A stretch of 64,000 bases of DNA from the human T2T-CHM13v2.0 reference genome, Homo sapiens, in the NCBI RefSeq assembly GCF_009914755.1, contig NC_060928.1; one strand, written 5' to 3'. This document shows positions 15,671 through 29,408 of the stretch, piece by piece. The position numbers were made by a program, and so were the translations under genes. The notes under the pieces were generated by a model. The model was given only the letters and a program-made list of their open reading frames with translations. It did not search any database and was not told the origin of the DNA. Numbering within the stretch: position 1 is the first letter of the stretch; each line of letters starts with the position of its first letter.

Positions 15671-17157
15671 TGAGAGGTGACAGCGTGCTGGCAGCCCTCA
15701 TAGCCCTCGCTCACTCTTGGCGCCTCCTTGGCCTTGGCACCCACTCTGCCCACACTTGAGGAGCCCTTCAGCCCACCGCTGCACTGTGGGAGCCCCTTTC
15801 TGGGCTGGCCAAGGCCGGAGCCGGCTCCCTCAGCTTGTGGGGAGGTGTGGAGGGAGAAGCGCGGCGGGAACCGGGGCTGCGGGCCACACTTGCAGGCCAG
15901 CGCGAGTTCCAGGTGGGCGTGGGCTAGGCAGGCCCTGCACTCGGAGCGGCCAGCTGGCCCACTGCCCCAGGCAGTGAGGGGCTTAGCACCTGGGCCAGCA
16001 GCTGCTGTGCTCCACTTCTCGCCAGGTCTTAGCTGCCTCCCCACAGGGCAGGGCTCGGGACCTGCAGCCTGCCATGCCTGAACCTCCCCCGGCCCGCCGT
16101 GGGCTCCTGCACGGCCCGAGCCTCCCCGACTAGTGCCGACCCTGCTTCACAGTGCCCAGTCCCATCGACCGCCCAAGGGCTGAGAAGTGCGGGCCCACGG
16201 CGTGGGACTGGCAGGCACCTCCACCTGTGGCCCCGGTGCAGGATCCACTGGGTGAAGCCAGCTGGGCTCCTGAGTCTGGTGGGGACTTGGAGAAGCTTTA
16301 TGTCTAGCTAAGGGATTGTAAATACACCAATCGGCACTCTGTATCTAGCTCAAGGTTTGTAAACACACCAATCAGCACCCTGTGTCTAGCTCAGGGTTTG
16401 TGAATGCACCAATCAACACTCTGTATCTAGCTACTCTGGTGGGGACTTGGAGAACCTTTATGTCTAGCTAAGGGATTGTAAATACACCAATCGGCACTCT
16501 GTATCTAGCTCAAGGTTTGTAAACACACCAATCAGCCCCCTGTGTCTAGCTCAGGGTTTGTGAATGCACCAATCCACACTCTGTATCTAGCTACTGTGGT
16601 GGGGACTTGGAGAACCTATGTGTTGATACTCCATATCTAGCTAATCTAGTGGGGACATGGAGAACTTTTGTGTCTAGCTCAGAGATTGTAAACGCACCAA
16701 TCAGCACCCTGTCAAAACGGACCAATCAGCTCTCTGTAAAATGGACCAATCAGCTAATCAGCTCTCTGTAAAATGGACCAGTCAGCAGGATGTGGGTGGG
16801 GCCAGATAAGAGAATAAAAGCAGGCTGCCCCAGTCAGCAGGGACAATTTGCTCAGGTCCCCTTCCACGCTGTGGAAACTTTGTTCTTTTGCTCTTTGCAA
16901 TAAATTTTGGTGTTGCTCACTCTTTGGGTCCACACTGCCTTTATGAGCTGTAACACTCACCACGAAGGTCTGCAGCTTCACTCCTGAAGCCAGCGAGACC
17001 ACGAACCCACCAGAAGGAAGAAACTCCGAACACATCCGAGCATCAGAAGGAACAAACTCTGGACACGCTGCTTTTAAGAACTGTGACACTCACCGCTAGG
17101 GTCCGCGGCTTCATTCTCGAAGTTGGTGAGGCCAAGAACCCACCAATTCTGGACACA
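15671..17157 (+). mobile_element. Solo ERV9 LTR (LTR12C-like)
   Basis: Starts TGAGAGGTGACAGCGTGCTGGCAG, ends ..ccaattctggacaCA; 4-bp TSD CAAT (15667-15670, 17158-17161); GC/CpG-rich 5' part, tandem CCAAT repeats. Confidence 0.97.
16278..16905 (+). promoter_or_regulatory. LTR12 U3 enhancer/promoter: nine CCAAT (NF-Y) boxes, GATA site, AATAAA TATA-equivalent, downstream polyA signal
   Basis: ggtggggacttggagaa recurs at 16278/16438/16598 (160-bp period); nine CCAAT between 16327 and 16750; AGATAAG 16804; AATAAA 16813 and 16899. Confidence 0.8.
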
Positions 17158-17919
17158 CAATGTCTAAAGATCATTAATTGTATTATTCACATGTTCTAAA
17201 GCTCTGATTATTTTTTGTGTGTTTGATCTATCATTTTTGCGAGGGAAATATTAACACTTCCAATTATAATAGTTGACTTAGTAATTCTCCCTAAACTTTT
17301 TCAAGTTGTTGCATAGTATTTCTTGAGGTTATATAGTTTACTTCATAGGTATTTATGTGGTTTATTAATGTTTACATGTTATTACTCCATATTCTTTTAT
17401 CCAAGATACATCCTCTTTGTGTCTTATGACATATTTTACCTTGAATTCTGCTTTTTCAGATATTATAATACCACTCCATCTAATTTGATTCATGTTTTAT
17501 CTAATATAGCTTATTACATCCTTTTATTTTCAAATTTTTGATATCCTATTTCAGTGTGTTTCTTACAGACTGCAAATTGTTATAATCTTTTTATTATTCT
17601 GAAATTCTCTCTTTATATTGATAAAATTAAACCATTTGTATTCATTATAATAATTTTAATACTATAACATTTCTGCCTTATTTTATGTTTTCAATTTATT
17701 GTATTTTTTATGATGTGTGCTTCTTTTCTCTTTTCTCGCCTTTTCTCCTTTCTTTAAAAAGTACACATTCTTTTTTTAAAATATAAATTTTTTAGGTTTA
17801 TGATGTTTGACTTTAAACTAAGGCCCATTTTGTGTTTATTTCTATTAATTTCCCAATTACTCGTATATCTCAATATCCTTTGAGACATCATTAGCTTCTT
17901 TCATTTCTTATTTTTAAAT

Positions 17920-18540
17920 GCTGCAGTGCTCCAAGACCCAGTCCTCATTCTTCTCCATCCTTACTCAGTTCCTAGGAAATCCTATTCAGTCCAATGGCTT
18001 TAAATATTAATTATATACTGATGAATTCCACATCGTTACCAGGCCTCCAAACCTGTGTATACAACTTCTTCTTCAGTATCTCTGCTTTAATGTTCACTGT
18101 GGACCTCAAATTTAACCTGCCCAAAGTAGAAGGTTCATTTACTTCAAGGTTGTATAATTGTGGTCTCCTACAGTATCTCCAAAATCCTAGGGGTTTTCTT
18201 TGGTTTCTCGTTGTCTACTACTTCACATTAAAATCTTCAACAAGACTACCATCTTTATGTTAAATTATATTCCCAATCTGCCCACTTTTGTCACCTCCAC
18301 AGCTATCACCCTCGTCCATATCACTATCATCTCTCACCTGGATCATTGTAATTACCTACTAACTGTCCTCACTGTCACCTCATTTCCACTATTGCCTAAC
18401 ACCCCCCAACCGCCACCTCCATAATATATTTATCTCCACAAAGATCTATTTTTAACAGAGAAAATAACACTGCTCCCATACTCAGAGTCTTCTGCTGACT
18501 TCCCATCACGATTACATCCAAACTCCTTACCATAGCCTGT
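17920..18540 (+). mobile_element. LINE-2 fragment (RT region); 3' end resumes at ~18800-19035 and 19420-19545
   Basis: atggctttaaatattaattatatactgatga = decayed HGFxYHLYADD; L2 3' motif (tagaatgtaagcttc..tgtatccccag..tgaataaat). Confidence 0.8.
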
Positions 18541-18625
18541 TAGGAAAGTGGACATATAATTTATCCATCCAAACCAGGCAGTGTTGAGACTGAAAGAGGC
18601 TCTATTAGTAAAGACACCGGGAACA
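18541..18625 (+). mobile_element. hAT-Blackjack DNA transposon fragment (MER94-like)
   Basis: catataatttatccatccaaaccagg..gagactgaaagagg resembles the recalled MER94 5' end. Confidence 0.5.
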
Positions 18626-19035
18626 ATGACAACTTTACAACTTGATTCCTCCCCTACTCCCTCAGCTTCAACATGCTGCTCTGTTTAATCGTTCCCACAA
18701 CAAGGTCTTTCATGAGCAAAAATTCAACAAGGATGTATCAAATGCGGAGTATGTGAGGATGCAACAGTGAACACAACAAAGTTTCTCATTTCATGGAGTT
18801 CACATTCTAAAAGCTTCTTCCATTTGGAAGACATCCTCCAGATTCTCACACAGCTTAAGCATTCATATTATCCAAATATCTGGTCAAATGTCCCTTTTTA
18901 GAAAGATATTCCCAGGATATCCTGCTGCAATAGCCTGACTAACCATCCCATCAATCTCTATCACTAACCCTGATTTATGCTTTTCATGTTTCACCTGAAA
19001 TTATATTATTCCATTAATTGTTTTCTTATAGCCCG

Positions 19036-19416
19036 TGTACTATTAATAGTTTGTTCTTGTACTACTATAAAGAAATATGCGAGACTGGGTAATTTACAAA
19101 GAAAAGAGGTTTAATTGACTCACAGTTCTGCAGGCTGTACAGGTTGGGGAGGCCTTAGGAAACTTTCAATCATGGCGGAAGGTGAAGGAGAACCAGGCAC
19201 ATCTTACATGGCTGGAGTAGGAGGGAAGAGAGATAGGGGGAGATGCCACACACTTTTAAACAACCAGATCTCCTGAGAACTCACTCACTATCATGAGAAC
19301 AGCAAGGGGGAAATCCACCTCCATGATCAAATCCTCTCCCACCAGGCCCTACCTCCAATATAGGGGGTTATAATTCAAATGAGATTTGGGTGGGGACACA
19401 AATCCAAACCATACCA
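19036..19416 (-). mobile_element. MaLR solo LTR (MSTA/MSTB-like) inserted in L2
   Basis: gagactgggtaatttacaaagaaaagaggtttaattgactcacagttc..gagatttgggtggggacacaaatccaaaccatacca; 5-bp TSD gcccg/gcctg. Confidence 0.92.
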
Positions 19417-20350
19417 GCCTGTCTGTCCCTTAGAATGTAAGCTTCAAGAGGACAAGGATGTGGCCTGCCTTAGTCACTGCTGTATCCCCAGCTCCTAGAA
19501 CATTCCTAAACCATCAATATGTATTGAATAAATAAATAATGAATAGTTCATTGGGGACATTAAATTTATATGAAACTTTCCCTTTGGGAACATTTAACTA
19601 TGTTATTCAATAATATTTAATAACAGCCAATTCCCCAGAGGTATCTACAGAGAATATCTCTATCACAATCATTTTTCTTGAAACAACTTTTTCCATGCAT
19701 TCATTTCATATAAATGGCTGTTCTCTCTGCACTGAAAGTTGAACAAGACAAATAGAATTCACGTATAAATCTGAATTCTCTTAGCATCGCTGAAACCCAG
19801 ACGAAAAGCACATGTGTGAAGAAGCTGGTGAGGCTTTCCCTTTCATGGGTCTTCTATGGCATATATTTATCCACCAGTCTCCTGAATGAAAGGCTGCACT
19901 TTTTAAATTCCAAACTAAGCACTTCAAAGGAAGAGCCTCCTGCTTTCCTAAATATGCTTAGTGCAAAAGATTGCATTGCAAGGGCTATCTGGGGGCATTT
20001 CTACCTGTGGCCAAAATCCAAATGTCTTGAGGTTTTTTTTTTTTTTTTCAGATTATTGTTTATATGCTTCAGATTGTTTATATGCTGCATATATGTTTAT
20101 ATGCAGATAAGCATATGAGAGAGAATGGGCTATAATTATTAAATAATGAAAACAATTTTTCCACACAACTTATGAATATCATCCTCATGAAGATTGGCTA
20201 ATCAAATGTTTCTCCCTGCATTCTGCCAAGAATTTAATTAAAAATGGCTTTGATGGTGTGTATCCAAGGAAAACTAATTCCTGGTTTTAACTAAGGAATA
20301 AATGAATACTTAAAGCAGGTTGCTATGATGGACCAGGAGTGCACAAGTAG

Positions 20351-20703
<353 letters not shown>

Positions 20704-21084
20704 TGACACATTGAACTGGTTTGCATGCCAAATCTAGTCAATGGCTTAAATAAGTTGTTGAGAAAGATGTTTCTTTGGTGCAAAGAATACAGAATAAGAA
20801 AAGTGAAAATATTTGATTCAACAAACTTTTTGAGAGTTACCTATCAAATACTCCATGGAAAGCAATACTGCTCAGACCACTACAGTCGCCTTGCATTAAG
20901 CATCTCATGATCTCCATTTCAATTATAATACTTCTTCAGATGAATTTTATTCATGTATTTCATTCCACTCTTACCTGATTCCCTATAGTGTCTTTGTATT
21001 ATTGCCTTGGACTGCAGCTATGCTTTGGTGGCAAGAATGTAGCCTGTGTTCAAGATCAACTTGAACAGGTTAAACTTTTCAATT

Positions 21085-21230
21085 GGCTGCATAAAGTTTG
21101 GCAGGCACTTAATCTGTCTCAGTTTGCTCAGTTTGTTACACCACAAAATGCAGCTAGTGATACCTACCTATTGGGTTGCTATGAGGGGTGAGTGTGACCA
21201 TATATGGGAGTATTTCTCAATGATCAATGG
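21085..21230 (+). mobile_element. MIR fragment
   Basis: ggcaggcacttaatctgtctcagttt..tacctacctattgggttgctatgagg MIR core. Confidence 0.6.
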
Positions 21231-21233
21231 CCT

Positions 21234-21385
21234 AGGCAAGACCAGAATCAGGGTGAGATGAATGAGAAGCAACATTTAAGAGGACACCAAAAAACTACCA
21301 TCAGGATAAATATTTTAATAAAATATGTTGCAGAAATCTAAATCAATGGAAAAAATCCATGATGAACAAAATACCAAAAATTCAG
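21234..21385 (+). mobile_element. hAT (Tip100-type) DNA transposon fragment
   Basis: gaccagaatcagggtgag..atttaagaggacaccaaaaaact..aaaaatccatgatgaacaaaata resembles a hAT-Tip100 non-autonomous element; subfamily uncertain. Confidence 0.45.
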
Positions 21386-22134
21386 GCTCTGGATATGAGA
21401 ATATGAGAGATATAACAGTATGTTTGATAGAGGTATAACAGACAAACATTTGACCAGTGGTCTTTCTTGCCACGTCATACGGTTTTAATCCTGTCCTTTA
21501 CTTCTCAGCAGCTGGCTTCAGAGCATCCATCAGTGTCTGCCTCCTCACTATCCAGCCAGCTGGGAGCTTTTTTCTCCTTGCTATTTGCTTAAATTCTTGC
21601 TTTCTCTTCCTTGGAGTACATAGTTGCCTTTCTGACAATTTTCAACTCTTACTCTTCAAGTTCCTTTATTGTCCTGCTAGGGGTGCTCCAGTTCTTTGGA
21701 AAAACTCTCTTTTTAGCTCAGGATTTGGTGCCAAGAGTATTTTAGCCTTGTTTTTTCTGATGTTGGACTCCTGCATCAAATGCTGGCTCTTCCTCAAGAT
21801 CTCAAGTTCAAGTAATGTTGCAAAAAGTGTGCACTCTCAAGTGAGCTGTTCACACAGAGTTCCATTTACTGGTCCATCTAGGTGACAAGCCAATACATAC
21901 AACCTACAGATTTCATGGAAACACAAAGGCAACCAATGTCTGATTATCAGTTACATGAAGCAAGTTTAGAAGACTAGGTGATATGTCCCTGAGAGAGAGA
22001 CTCTTCTCTCTGTCACTCAGGGAAGGACTCTCTTCTTCTGTTGCAAGCATGGGGCATTGATTGATTTATTAATTCATTGATTTTTCTTATCACCATCATC
22101 AGATCCCTATTTCTACCAATAATTACTACCCTTT

Positions 22135-22255
22135 ACTGGTTATTTACTATGTGCTAGTTGCTGTGCATACATTGTTTCATTCAATCCTTGTAGCATGCTT
22201 TTGGAGTAGGAATTATTAACTTATTTAAGGATGAGGAAACCCAATCTTAGAGATG
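22135..22255 (-). mobile_element. MIR fragment
   Basis: tttactatgtgctag..cattcaatcct..gatgaggaaac reverse-complement MIR core. Confidence 0.65.
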
Positions 22256-22374
22256 CTCTTATAGCTATCAATAATAAATTCTCTTATGTATTCACTCTAC
22301 AAATATTTATAAAGTTCCTTAAATAATTGAGCTTCTGTGCTAGTATCTTTGGAAACTAAAATAGACTGGCTGAG

Positions 22375-22744
22375 TGCTATGGTTTGAATGCTTGAGTCGT
22401 TCCAAAATTCATGTTGAAACATAATCCCTAATGCAACAGTATTAAGAAATAGGGCATTTAGAAGGTTATTCGGCCATGAGAAATTCACCCCCTTGAATGA
22501 ATTGGTGCCTTATAAAAGGGCTTGAGTGGGCACAGGCACAGCATTCCTCCCCTGTGGAGGAAGAAGTGTCCAAGGTGCCATCTTGGAAGAAGAGACGGGG
22601 ACCTCACCAGACACTGAACCTGCTGGTGCCTTGATCTTGGACTTGCCAGCCTCCAGAACTGTGAGAAATACATTTCTATTATCTATAAATTACCCAGTCT
22701 AAAATAACGTATTTTGTTAACAGCAATATATATAGACTAAGAAA
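22375..22744 (+). mobile_element. MaLR solo LTR (MSTD/MLT1A-like), nested in an older MaLR LTR (~22335-23215)
   Basis: tgctatggtttgaatg..ataaattacccagtct..gactaagaaa; 5-bp TSD ctgag; flanks read as one older LTR (gtaagcagaaaagggattt..gtagctcgcagaatc). Confidence 0.9.
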
Positions 22745-24889
22745 CTGAGGTAAGCAGAAAAGGGATTTATAAAAGGATATTGAGTAGCTCGCAGAATCCC
22801 AGAGAGAAGAGATGCCCACAGAAAAAAGCCTAGAGTCACATCAGAGACCCAATCTGGTGAGGAACTTGTCACCACTGACTCCACTGTCAGGGGTGCTGGA
22901 ATATGCTATCAGCACTGTCACCACTAGTCCCCCTGGGACTTGTTCCTGCTACACTGCCACCGCCAATAGAGAGCCTCTTGGATGTCCTTGCTGCTTTGCA
23001 ACATTAGTTCTCCATTCAAAACCTAACCTGGGGCACCTTTTGGAAAACTATAAGTCACACATCCACACCCTAACTACAAGGAAGACTGGGAATATGAGGA
23101 TCTAGAAGCTTCTACAGAAAGAGGTGATTTGGATCTCCAACAGAGACTCAATTTTTTAAATGTAGGAAGGAACTTCAGGTGCTGGCACATCCAAAAGAAT
23201 CACAGGTAACTGCTACATTGAGTCCTTGCCCTTCAGGCACTTATAAATGAACAGGGCAGAAGACGCACACCAATGACCACAGTATGTAAGAAATGCCACC
23301 AAAGATGAGGACAAAAAAAAATCCTTCTTGGCAGGAGGTAGAGGATGCATCCTCACTGGAGATAACAGGACAAATTCAAAGAAGGGATCACACTTCTACT
23401 GAGTCTTACAAAGTGGTAGAATTTGATAGATTATGATGCTGAGTGGGTCAAATAGGAAAAACAATTCAAAGAACAAGATACCCAAGCAAAAATGTACAAG
23501 GTTTATTGGCAAGGATGAGTACTCACATTGTGCTGAGTAGAGCAGAGGGTCTTTGGTGTGATTTAGGTGTGAAATGACCAAGGCTTTTGGCCATGGTGAA
23601 GGGGAAGAAGGAATAGACTCAGCAGTAATTATGAGGGAAAGATCAACTGGGCTTACTCCTCCTTCTAGATCTTGTTATGTTTATACTTCCTCATTTGTGT
23701 CTATGATTGTCTGAGTAACAACTGTCTCCTCTATCAGATAGGAACCTTCATAAGCAGGGACAGTGCCTGCTATTTCTACCCATCATATACCTGGTGGCTT
23801 GCCTAGTAATGGCTGCACTGAAGGAGCTCAGTAGATACTTATTGAAGGGAAGACAGATTGATAAACAAGAAGATTGATATACAGTTAGAGAAAAGGGAGT
23901 GAGGAGAGAAGAGATCATTCTGAGATCTTTTAGACATGTTGAATTTGAGATTCAAAAGAGATATCTTAGGGGACATTTTTCAAGTGGATCTTTGGGGAAA
24001 AAGGGATTTCTAGACTACTATAAAATTGGGTAGGTAAGTCTGTTCTGCATATGTGTATAGTGGCTAACACATCTCAAGTATGTGTTTCCATAATGACATA
24101 TTACATATGCAGTGGAGAAAACTGGCTTTGGGAAAAAAGTGATATTTGAAGATGGTTCTTCATTTCACATTGCTTGTGCCACTACTCATACATTCCTCTG
24201 ACTTGTACAAATATTCAACACATTACCATGTGATCTAAATAGAGAGACAGATCTCTGAGGAGTTTCGTCAAGCCACCTGTCCTCTTACAGTTGCAGTATG
24301 AAACTGAGTAAGAGTGAACATCCAATCCACATTGGGAGAAGAAAATAATTTATGTCAAAGATGCAGTCTCCAGGTTCCCTTGGGTTCACTGTATATTCAT
24401 AAGGGGGCTCCCCCCTACCCAGTATACATGTGAAAGTGTTCCTTGGTCCTATGCCATAATTCATATCAAGAGCTGATTAATTTTTCACAGTAAGCCTTTT
24501 AGTGTATATGGGTTTTTTTTTTTTTCAGTCTTGCTCTTTGGGGGTCAAGTGACCCAAGAAGGGTCTGGTGGCTAATATAGTGCAGGATTTAAGGAATTAC
24601 ACAAGTGCTGGAATGTTTCCACCAAGCTTCCTTGGTAACAGCGGCCAGGTGATAGGGAACATTTTATAAATTAAGCCGCTTTTGCCAGAAAAGGAAGTAG
24701 AACGGCCACTTCATTATAGTTAACTGTTTCTCTCCCAATAATAAGAAAAGTGAATGATATATGTCCTCTGTGTCTTGCCCAAACTCAGCTAAAAATAATA
24801 ACTAATTCTGGGTCACACGGATCTCAGAAGAAACTAAATTATCCAGATTAGCAAATATAAACTGTGTTTGAAAAGGAAAAAGACAGGTA

Positions 24890-25135
24890 GTAGACATTTG
24901 TGGCTTTGTGCTTCCCGGAAGCCCTTATTTTGGTAATAGAACCCACATCTTCCCTGTGACAATTGCACCTTCCTTGTCACAGTTTCTGTGGTTTAATGAA
25001 GCATACCCAGACCCCCAGGGTGGGCACGTGGCCCAGGTCTGCCTACAGGGAGCTCTGAGTACCTGGCTAGAGAGGTCAGGTTAGGGATTGGCATAAATCT
25101 CACCAAGTTAGTCAGAAAGAATCCTGGGATCTGTA
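24890..25135 (+). mobile_element. Old ERVL-type LTR fragment (LTR16-like)
   Basis: gtagacatttgtggcttt..cccagacccccaggggtgggcacgtggcccagg motif. Confidence 0.5.
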
Positions 25136-25254
25136 GCTGTCATCATTCCTGAGTAATTTCAGAGACATGTGGGCCCAACCTCATAAAACAGTTACATCAC
25201 AAGGATACCTAGCAGCCCTTTGATCATTAAACACATAGTGACTTTAAACACAAG

Positions 25255-25627
25255 TGTTAGGGACAGATTTTTGTGTGCTCCTCAAATTCATATGTTGAAA
25301 TCCTAACCCCCAAGCTGATGGTAATAGGAGGTGGGGCCTTTGGGTGGAAGGTGATTAGGACATGAAGGAGGAGCCCTCATGAATGGGATTAGTGCCCTTA
25401 TGAGAAGAGACCCAAGAACTTGCTTCCTCTCTCTGTTCTCCACCATGTGAGACACAATGAGAAGACAGCCACCTACAAATCAGGAAGAAGGCCATCACCA
25501 GGAACCAAATAAGCTAGTACCTTGATCTTGGACTTCCCAGCCTCCACAACTATGGGAAATCAATTTCTGTTGTTTAAGCCACTCAATCTATGGTATTCTA
25601 TTATAGCAAACTTTACCAACTAAGACA
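25255..25627 (+). mobile_element. MaLR solo LTR (MLT1A/MLT1A0-like)
   Basis: aaattcatatgttgaaatcctaacccc..ttgatcttggacttcccagcctcca..ctaagaca; TSD acaag/ataag. Confidence 0.92.
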
Positions 25628-28269
25628 ATAAGCTTCTTTGTATAATGTATACACAATTATTTGTGTATTTCTTTCCCCATCACTGAGCTATGGACCCAGG
25701 GAACAAAAGCCATATATATATATTTTAATCTCATATTCCCAGAAGACCTAGCACACATGTGCTTCACACATGAAGTCATTGGATACATACATCAAACTGA
25801 ATCAGCTTCAGGTCTGCCGAGGCATGGGTGATGGATTCCCTAAAGCGGATGGACACAATGGCAAAACACTGTTCAGAGAGGTTCCCTGACCTACCCAAGG
25901 TTTCACTTAATAGATATATTATGAAGGAGATAACTTTATAAAAACCATTACTTCATTTGCTAAAGCCCTTCATGAGACAACTCCTTCAGAACTAAAAGCA
26001 AAATACTTCACTTGCTGAGGAAAAGGTATTTTTCCATTTGTGCATAATAAATGACCATGTTTCCTTCTCTGCTTTGACCACGAGGAAGCTCTGAGGCAAA
26101 TTTACTGCTCAGTCATTGCAAGTGTGTAAGATCTTTTGGGTTTGCTCATCTCCCTTCCGCACTTGTTCTAATTTCATTTATCTGGTGCTGCTACTTAATT
26201 TTAAATTTGTATTTTATTATATGTATTTTCTATATATTCTTTGTAGAACAAGATATGTGATATTAATAGGCCAGTTATGGCTCAACTAATAACAGTTTGA
26301 AAGTACATGGATACCTGAGATAACAGTGCTGAGTGACTAGAACAAGGGGTTACATGCTTGGTTCTTATAAGGTAGGAGGCTTTGTTTTTCTAAAATGTAA
26401 CTCCTGCTCTGGAGATGCTACTGGTGGTGAGAGCACTTCCCTGGGCTTCTGCCCTGATCAGTGATGAAATATTTACCCTCAGCAGGTTCTCTCTTCTAGT
26501 ATAGGGTAGTGTTGCTTACTGTTCAACTCCACTTGGATTAATCAGTTAATGTGTGAAATCATTTTGAATATGAAAAGTTCTGGGTCAGGTACGCAGCAGT
26601 CATTGCTGTCTGAGTTACTATGCTAATCCTTGCCTTTGTGAGAGAGGAGTGTGCTTAAAGTCCTTCTATGAAACCATTCCTCTCAGGAGTCTGTCAAAGT
26701 CACCAGAAAAATAGGTAGATCCAGCCATTGGCAAAGAGGGACCCAACCTGGGCATCTGAATATGACTCAGAGAAACCAAACACGAGACATAGAAAGAGGT
26801 TGCAGGCAAGAATCTAGGGCTTGCAGGGGCACCAGACCATCAAGACTTCCAGGAGAAATTACGGAAACATCTGCAAGGTTAAGTCAGGAAGTCCAGGGGC
26901 TACTTCCCAGAGAGGGAAGTGCCTTTCTTGGGACTGCTGCTACAGAGCTGAAACGGTGCATAACCTGGGGCCAAGGAGGCTGATTGAAGATGAGGGATTA
27001 GACTCCAAGAAGGATCAAGAATCCATCAACTCAACTCCACTCCTTCAGCCACACCGAGGTGAGGACAAGCCTTGGGCTTTGGGACACAGTGAACTCTGCA
27101 TTAACCAGGCCAAGAAGTGGCTCCATGTTAACTGCATTACAAGAAAGAATTTATGTTCAGCAAATCTCTTGACCACATTTGCTTCTGTTCCCTCCCAGCC
27201 TTTGCCAACCATGGCACTACAAAGAGCTAATCATCAAAAGATAAAGCAAATAGGTTTCATTGCTGAGTGATAATCAAACAGTTGCCAAAACTTTGCAATC
27301 TTAGTGCTTGGAAAATACAAGGTCTACAAAACCTCAGCTGAAGAACAGATAATTAGCCAGAAAAATCTAGGAGGGGCTTGGACTGCTTTGGGCATGAAAG
27401 GAATGTCTTTCTTCAACTCCACAGGGATGTGGTGAGGTAGGAGTGGGGTGGGGGCTGGACTATTGGATACTCACTGCAAGTTCTGCCAGCTTGGCAACAC
27501 ATCTCCTGCTTCTCTGGGCTGGCTCACCCAGCACAAATTCAACCCTTTGCTTGTTGCATATCCTTTTACATTTCCCCAGAGGGAGCTCACTCTCAGCCTT
27601 CCCACTTAGAATCACCACCCTTGGGACCCCAACACTTTAGATCCGTCCAGCATTGTTCAGCCTGACAGATGACCCAGCCTCCTGGTTTTCTTAAAATAAC
27701 AAGAGAACATTTGCTCTCTGGAAATACAAGGTCGCATCCAAATTTAAAGAAGAAAAATAGGAGAGGAAAGCATTCAAACAAAACTCTTGGAATTGGGCTC
27801 CTGTGGTAACATTTGGAATAAAGGAAAACAGGAAAGCAATTGCAATATTAAAAATAGATGATTTCCTGCATGTAAATTCTTTGCTGACCTTGTTGATTGC
27901 AGCATGGTCCATGTTTGCTGGCTTGCCACCTTCTGACTTCATGAGAGTTCATACCAAGGGACAGTTCTCAGGGCTCAGAATTCAACCCCTAGTTAAAAAG
28001 CATTTGTTTACAAATCTGCCTATTGGCATCAACCCTTTTCTCTTTAATCCTTGATGCTTATCGGAGATTAATTATTTATCCTTTGTTTTATTCCTATGTG
28101 TCCAGGAGGAACGTACTGAATATCAAGAATACTTCAGAGGATCCTGGAGCAGACATGGTACCTCCACATAACACAGTGCACCTTGATGATATTAGCATCC
28201 ACTGCCAATAAGCATAAAAGTAATCATGGGAAAGGTAATGCATTATCTGGCTGAAAGAGCATTCATCCC

Positions 28270-28620
28270 TCAATGGATACTTAATCAGCAGCCAGGCACT
28301 ACTCTATGCTCTGGGGTCACACCCATGCCCTCAGCAACTTTATATGCTAGTTGGGTGAAGTAAACAATAAACATAGTAAATAAGTTAGATAATATGCTAT
28401 AAGATAGGTATATAAAAAAAGAAAAAGTAAAGTGGAGTAGGGGGATTGGGCAAGTAAGGTATTAAATACAATAGAGAAGGCCTTAGGAAAAAGGTAAAAT
28501 TTGAGCACAGGTTTACTGTGAAGGGAGTAGCTAGGCAGATATGTTGATAAAGTTTCCAGCCTGGCACAGCAGCCTGAGCAAAGGCCCTGAGGCAGGACCA
28601 TGATAATTAGTTGACAGCAA
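28270..28620 (-). mobile_element. LINE-2 fragment
   Basis: gccaggcactactctatgctctgggg..tgccctc..caaaggccctgaggcagga antisense L2 3' region. Confidence 0.7.
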
Positions 28621-29408
28621 GATCTGGTGTCTCTCTCTTTCACTGTCAGGGAGGTCTGAGACAAGGCAGCAGTTAGTTATTCTCTGTGGGTAGCAGAGAG
28701 AGTGGCTTTGAAGCAGAAGGAGCAATGATGAAATGGTTTCGTTGATGAAAAAATGGGCAGCTTTTGGAATTGGGGTGAGCCGGAGTGAAAGGAAAGGTTA
28801 AAGGCTCAACAAAAGGGAACAGCTTCCAAGATTCCACTCTCTGGGTGGAGAATGAGACCTGGAATCCAAAGGGCACACCCAAGACAAATCAGCTGGAGAC
28901 AAGGGGCCCCATCCCCGTGTTTTGAATCCCCTTGCAGTTACGAGTATGGCTCAGCGCTTTCTGAAGCTCTCCTGGAATCTGGCCTTGGCTCACAGAACTT
29001 TCAGACTGAATTGCTCCCTCTTGGCTTTGCTTGTTGCCTAATGCCCTTCTCTTGATCACCTTGGTCCTTGGAGTTCTCTTAACCATTTTCTGTTCAGGGC
29101 CACTCTGGAAATTAGATCTACCTAAGTGATGACCAACACCTTACAGAACTGACCCTCCCCCTCCCTCCATTGGGGCTGATGAATTTACTGTAATCATCTG
29201 TGAATTCAAACCCCATTGTTAAAGAGGAAGAGGCAGAGTCACATCTACCCCTTCCTCTTGGGGTAGATGCGTTTTTGAAAAAATGCACCTGGTGTTCAGG
29301 TGATTTTTCAAAATGCATTTGGCTTTCTCTCTCGTAGCCATTAGGGTTCTAGAATAAGAGAGGGTGAGCTAGAAGCTTGTGTATTTACAACCCCCATAGC
29401 TTCCCAGT

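Noticed and set aside
15625-16311. GC-rich overlapping ORFs and CpG island-like region as a gene start
   Set aside because: Entirely within the LTR12C U3 region
16278-16790. Regularly spaced repeats resembling a CRISPR array
   Set aside because: Spacers are themselves repeated, context is eukaryotic; these are ERV9 LTR enhancer repeats
21457-21885. 142-aa ORF or minus-strand processed pseudogene
   Set aside because: No recognisable protein on either strand; the left part resembles decayed L2
26821-27270. 149-aa ORF in unique DNA
   Set aside because: Starts at TTG, no recognisable domain or convincing exon boundaries; compatible with chance
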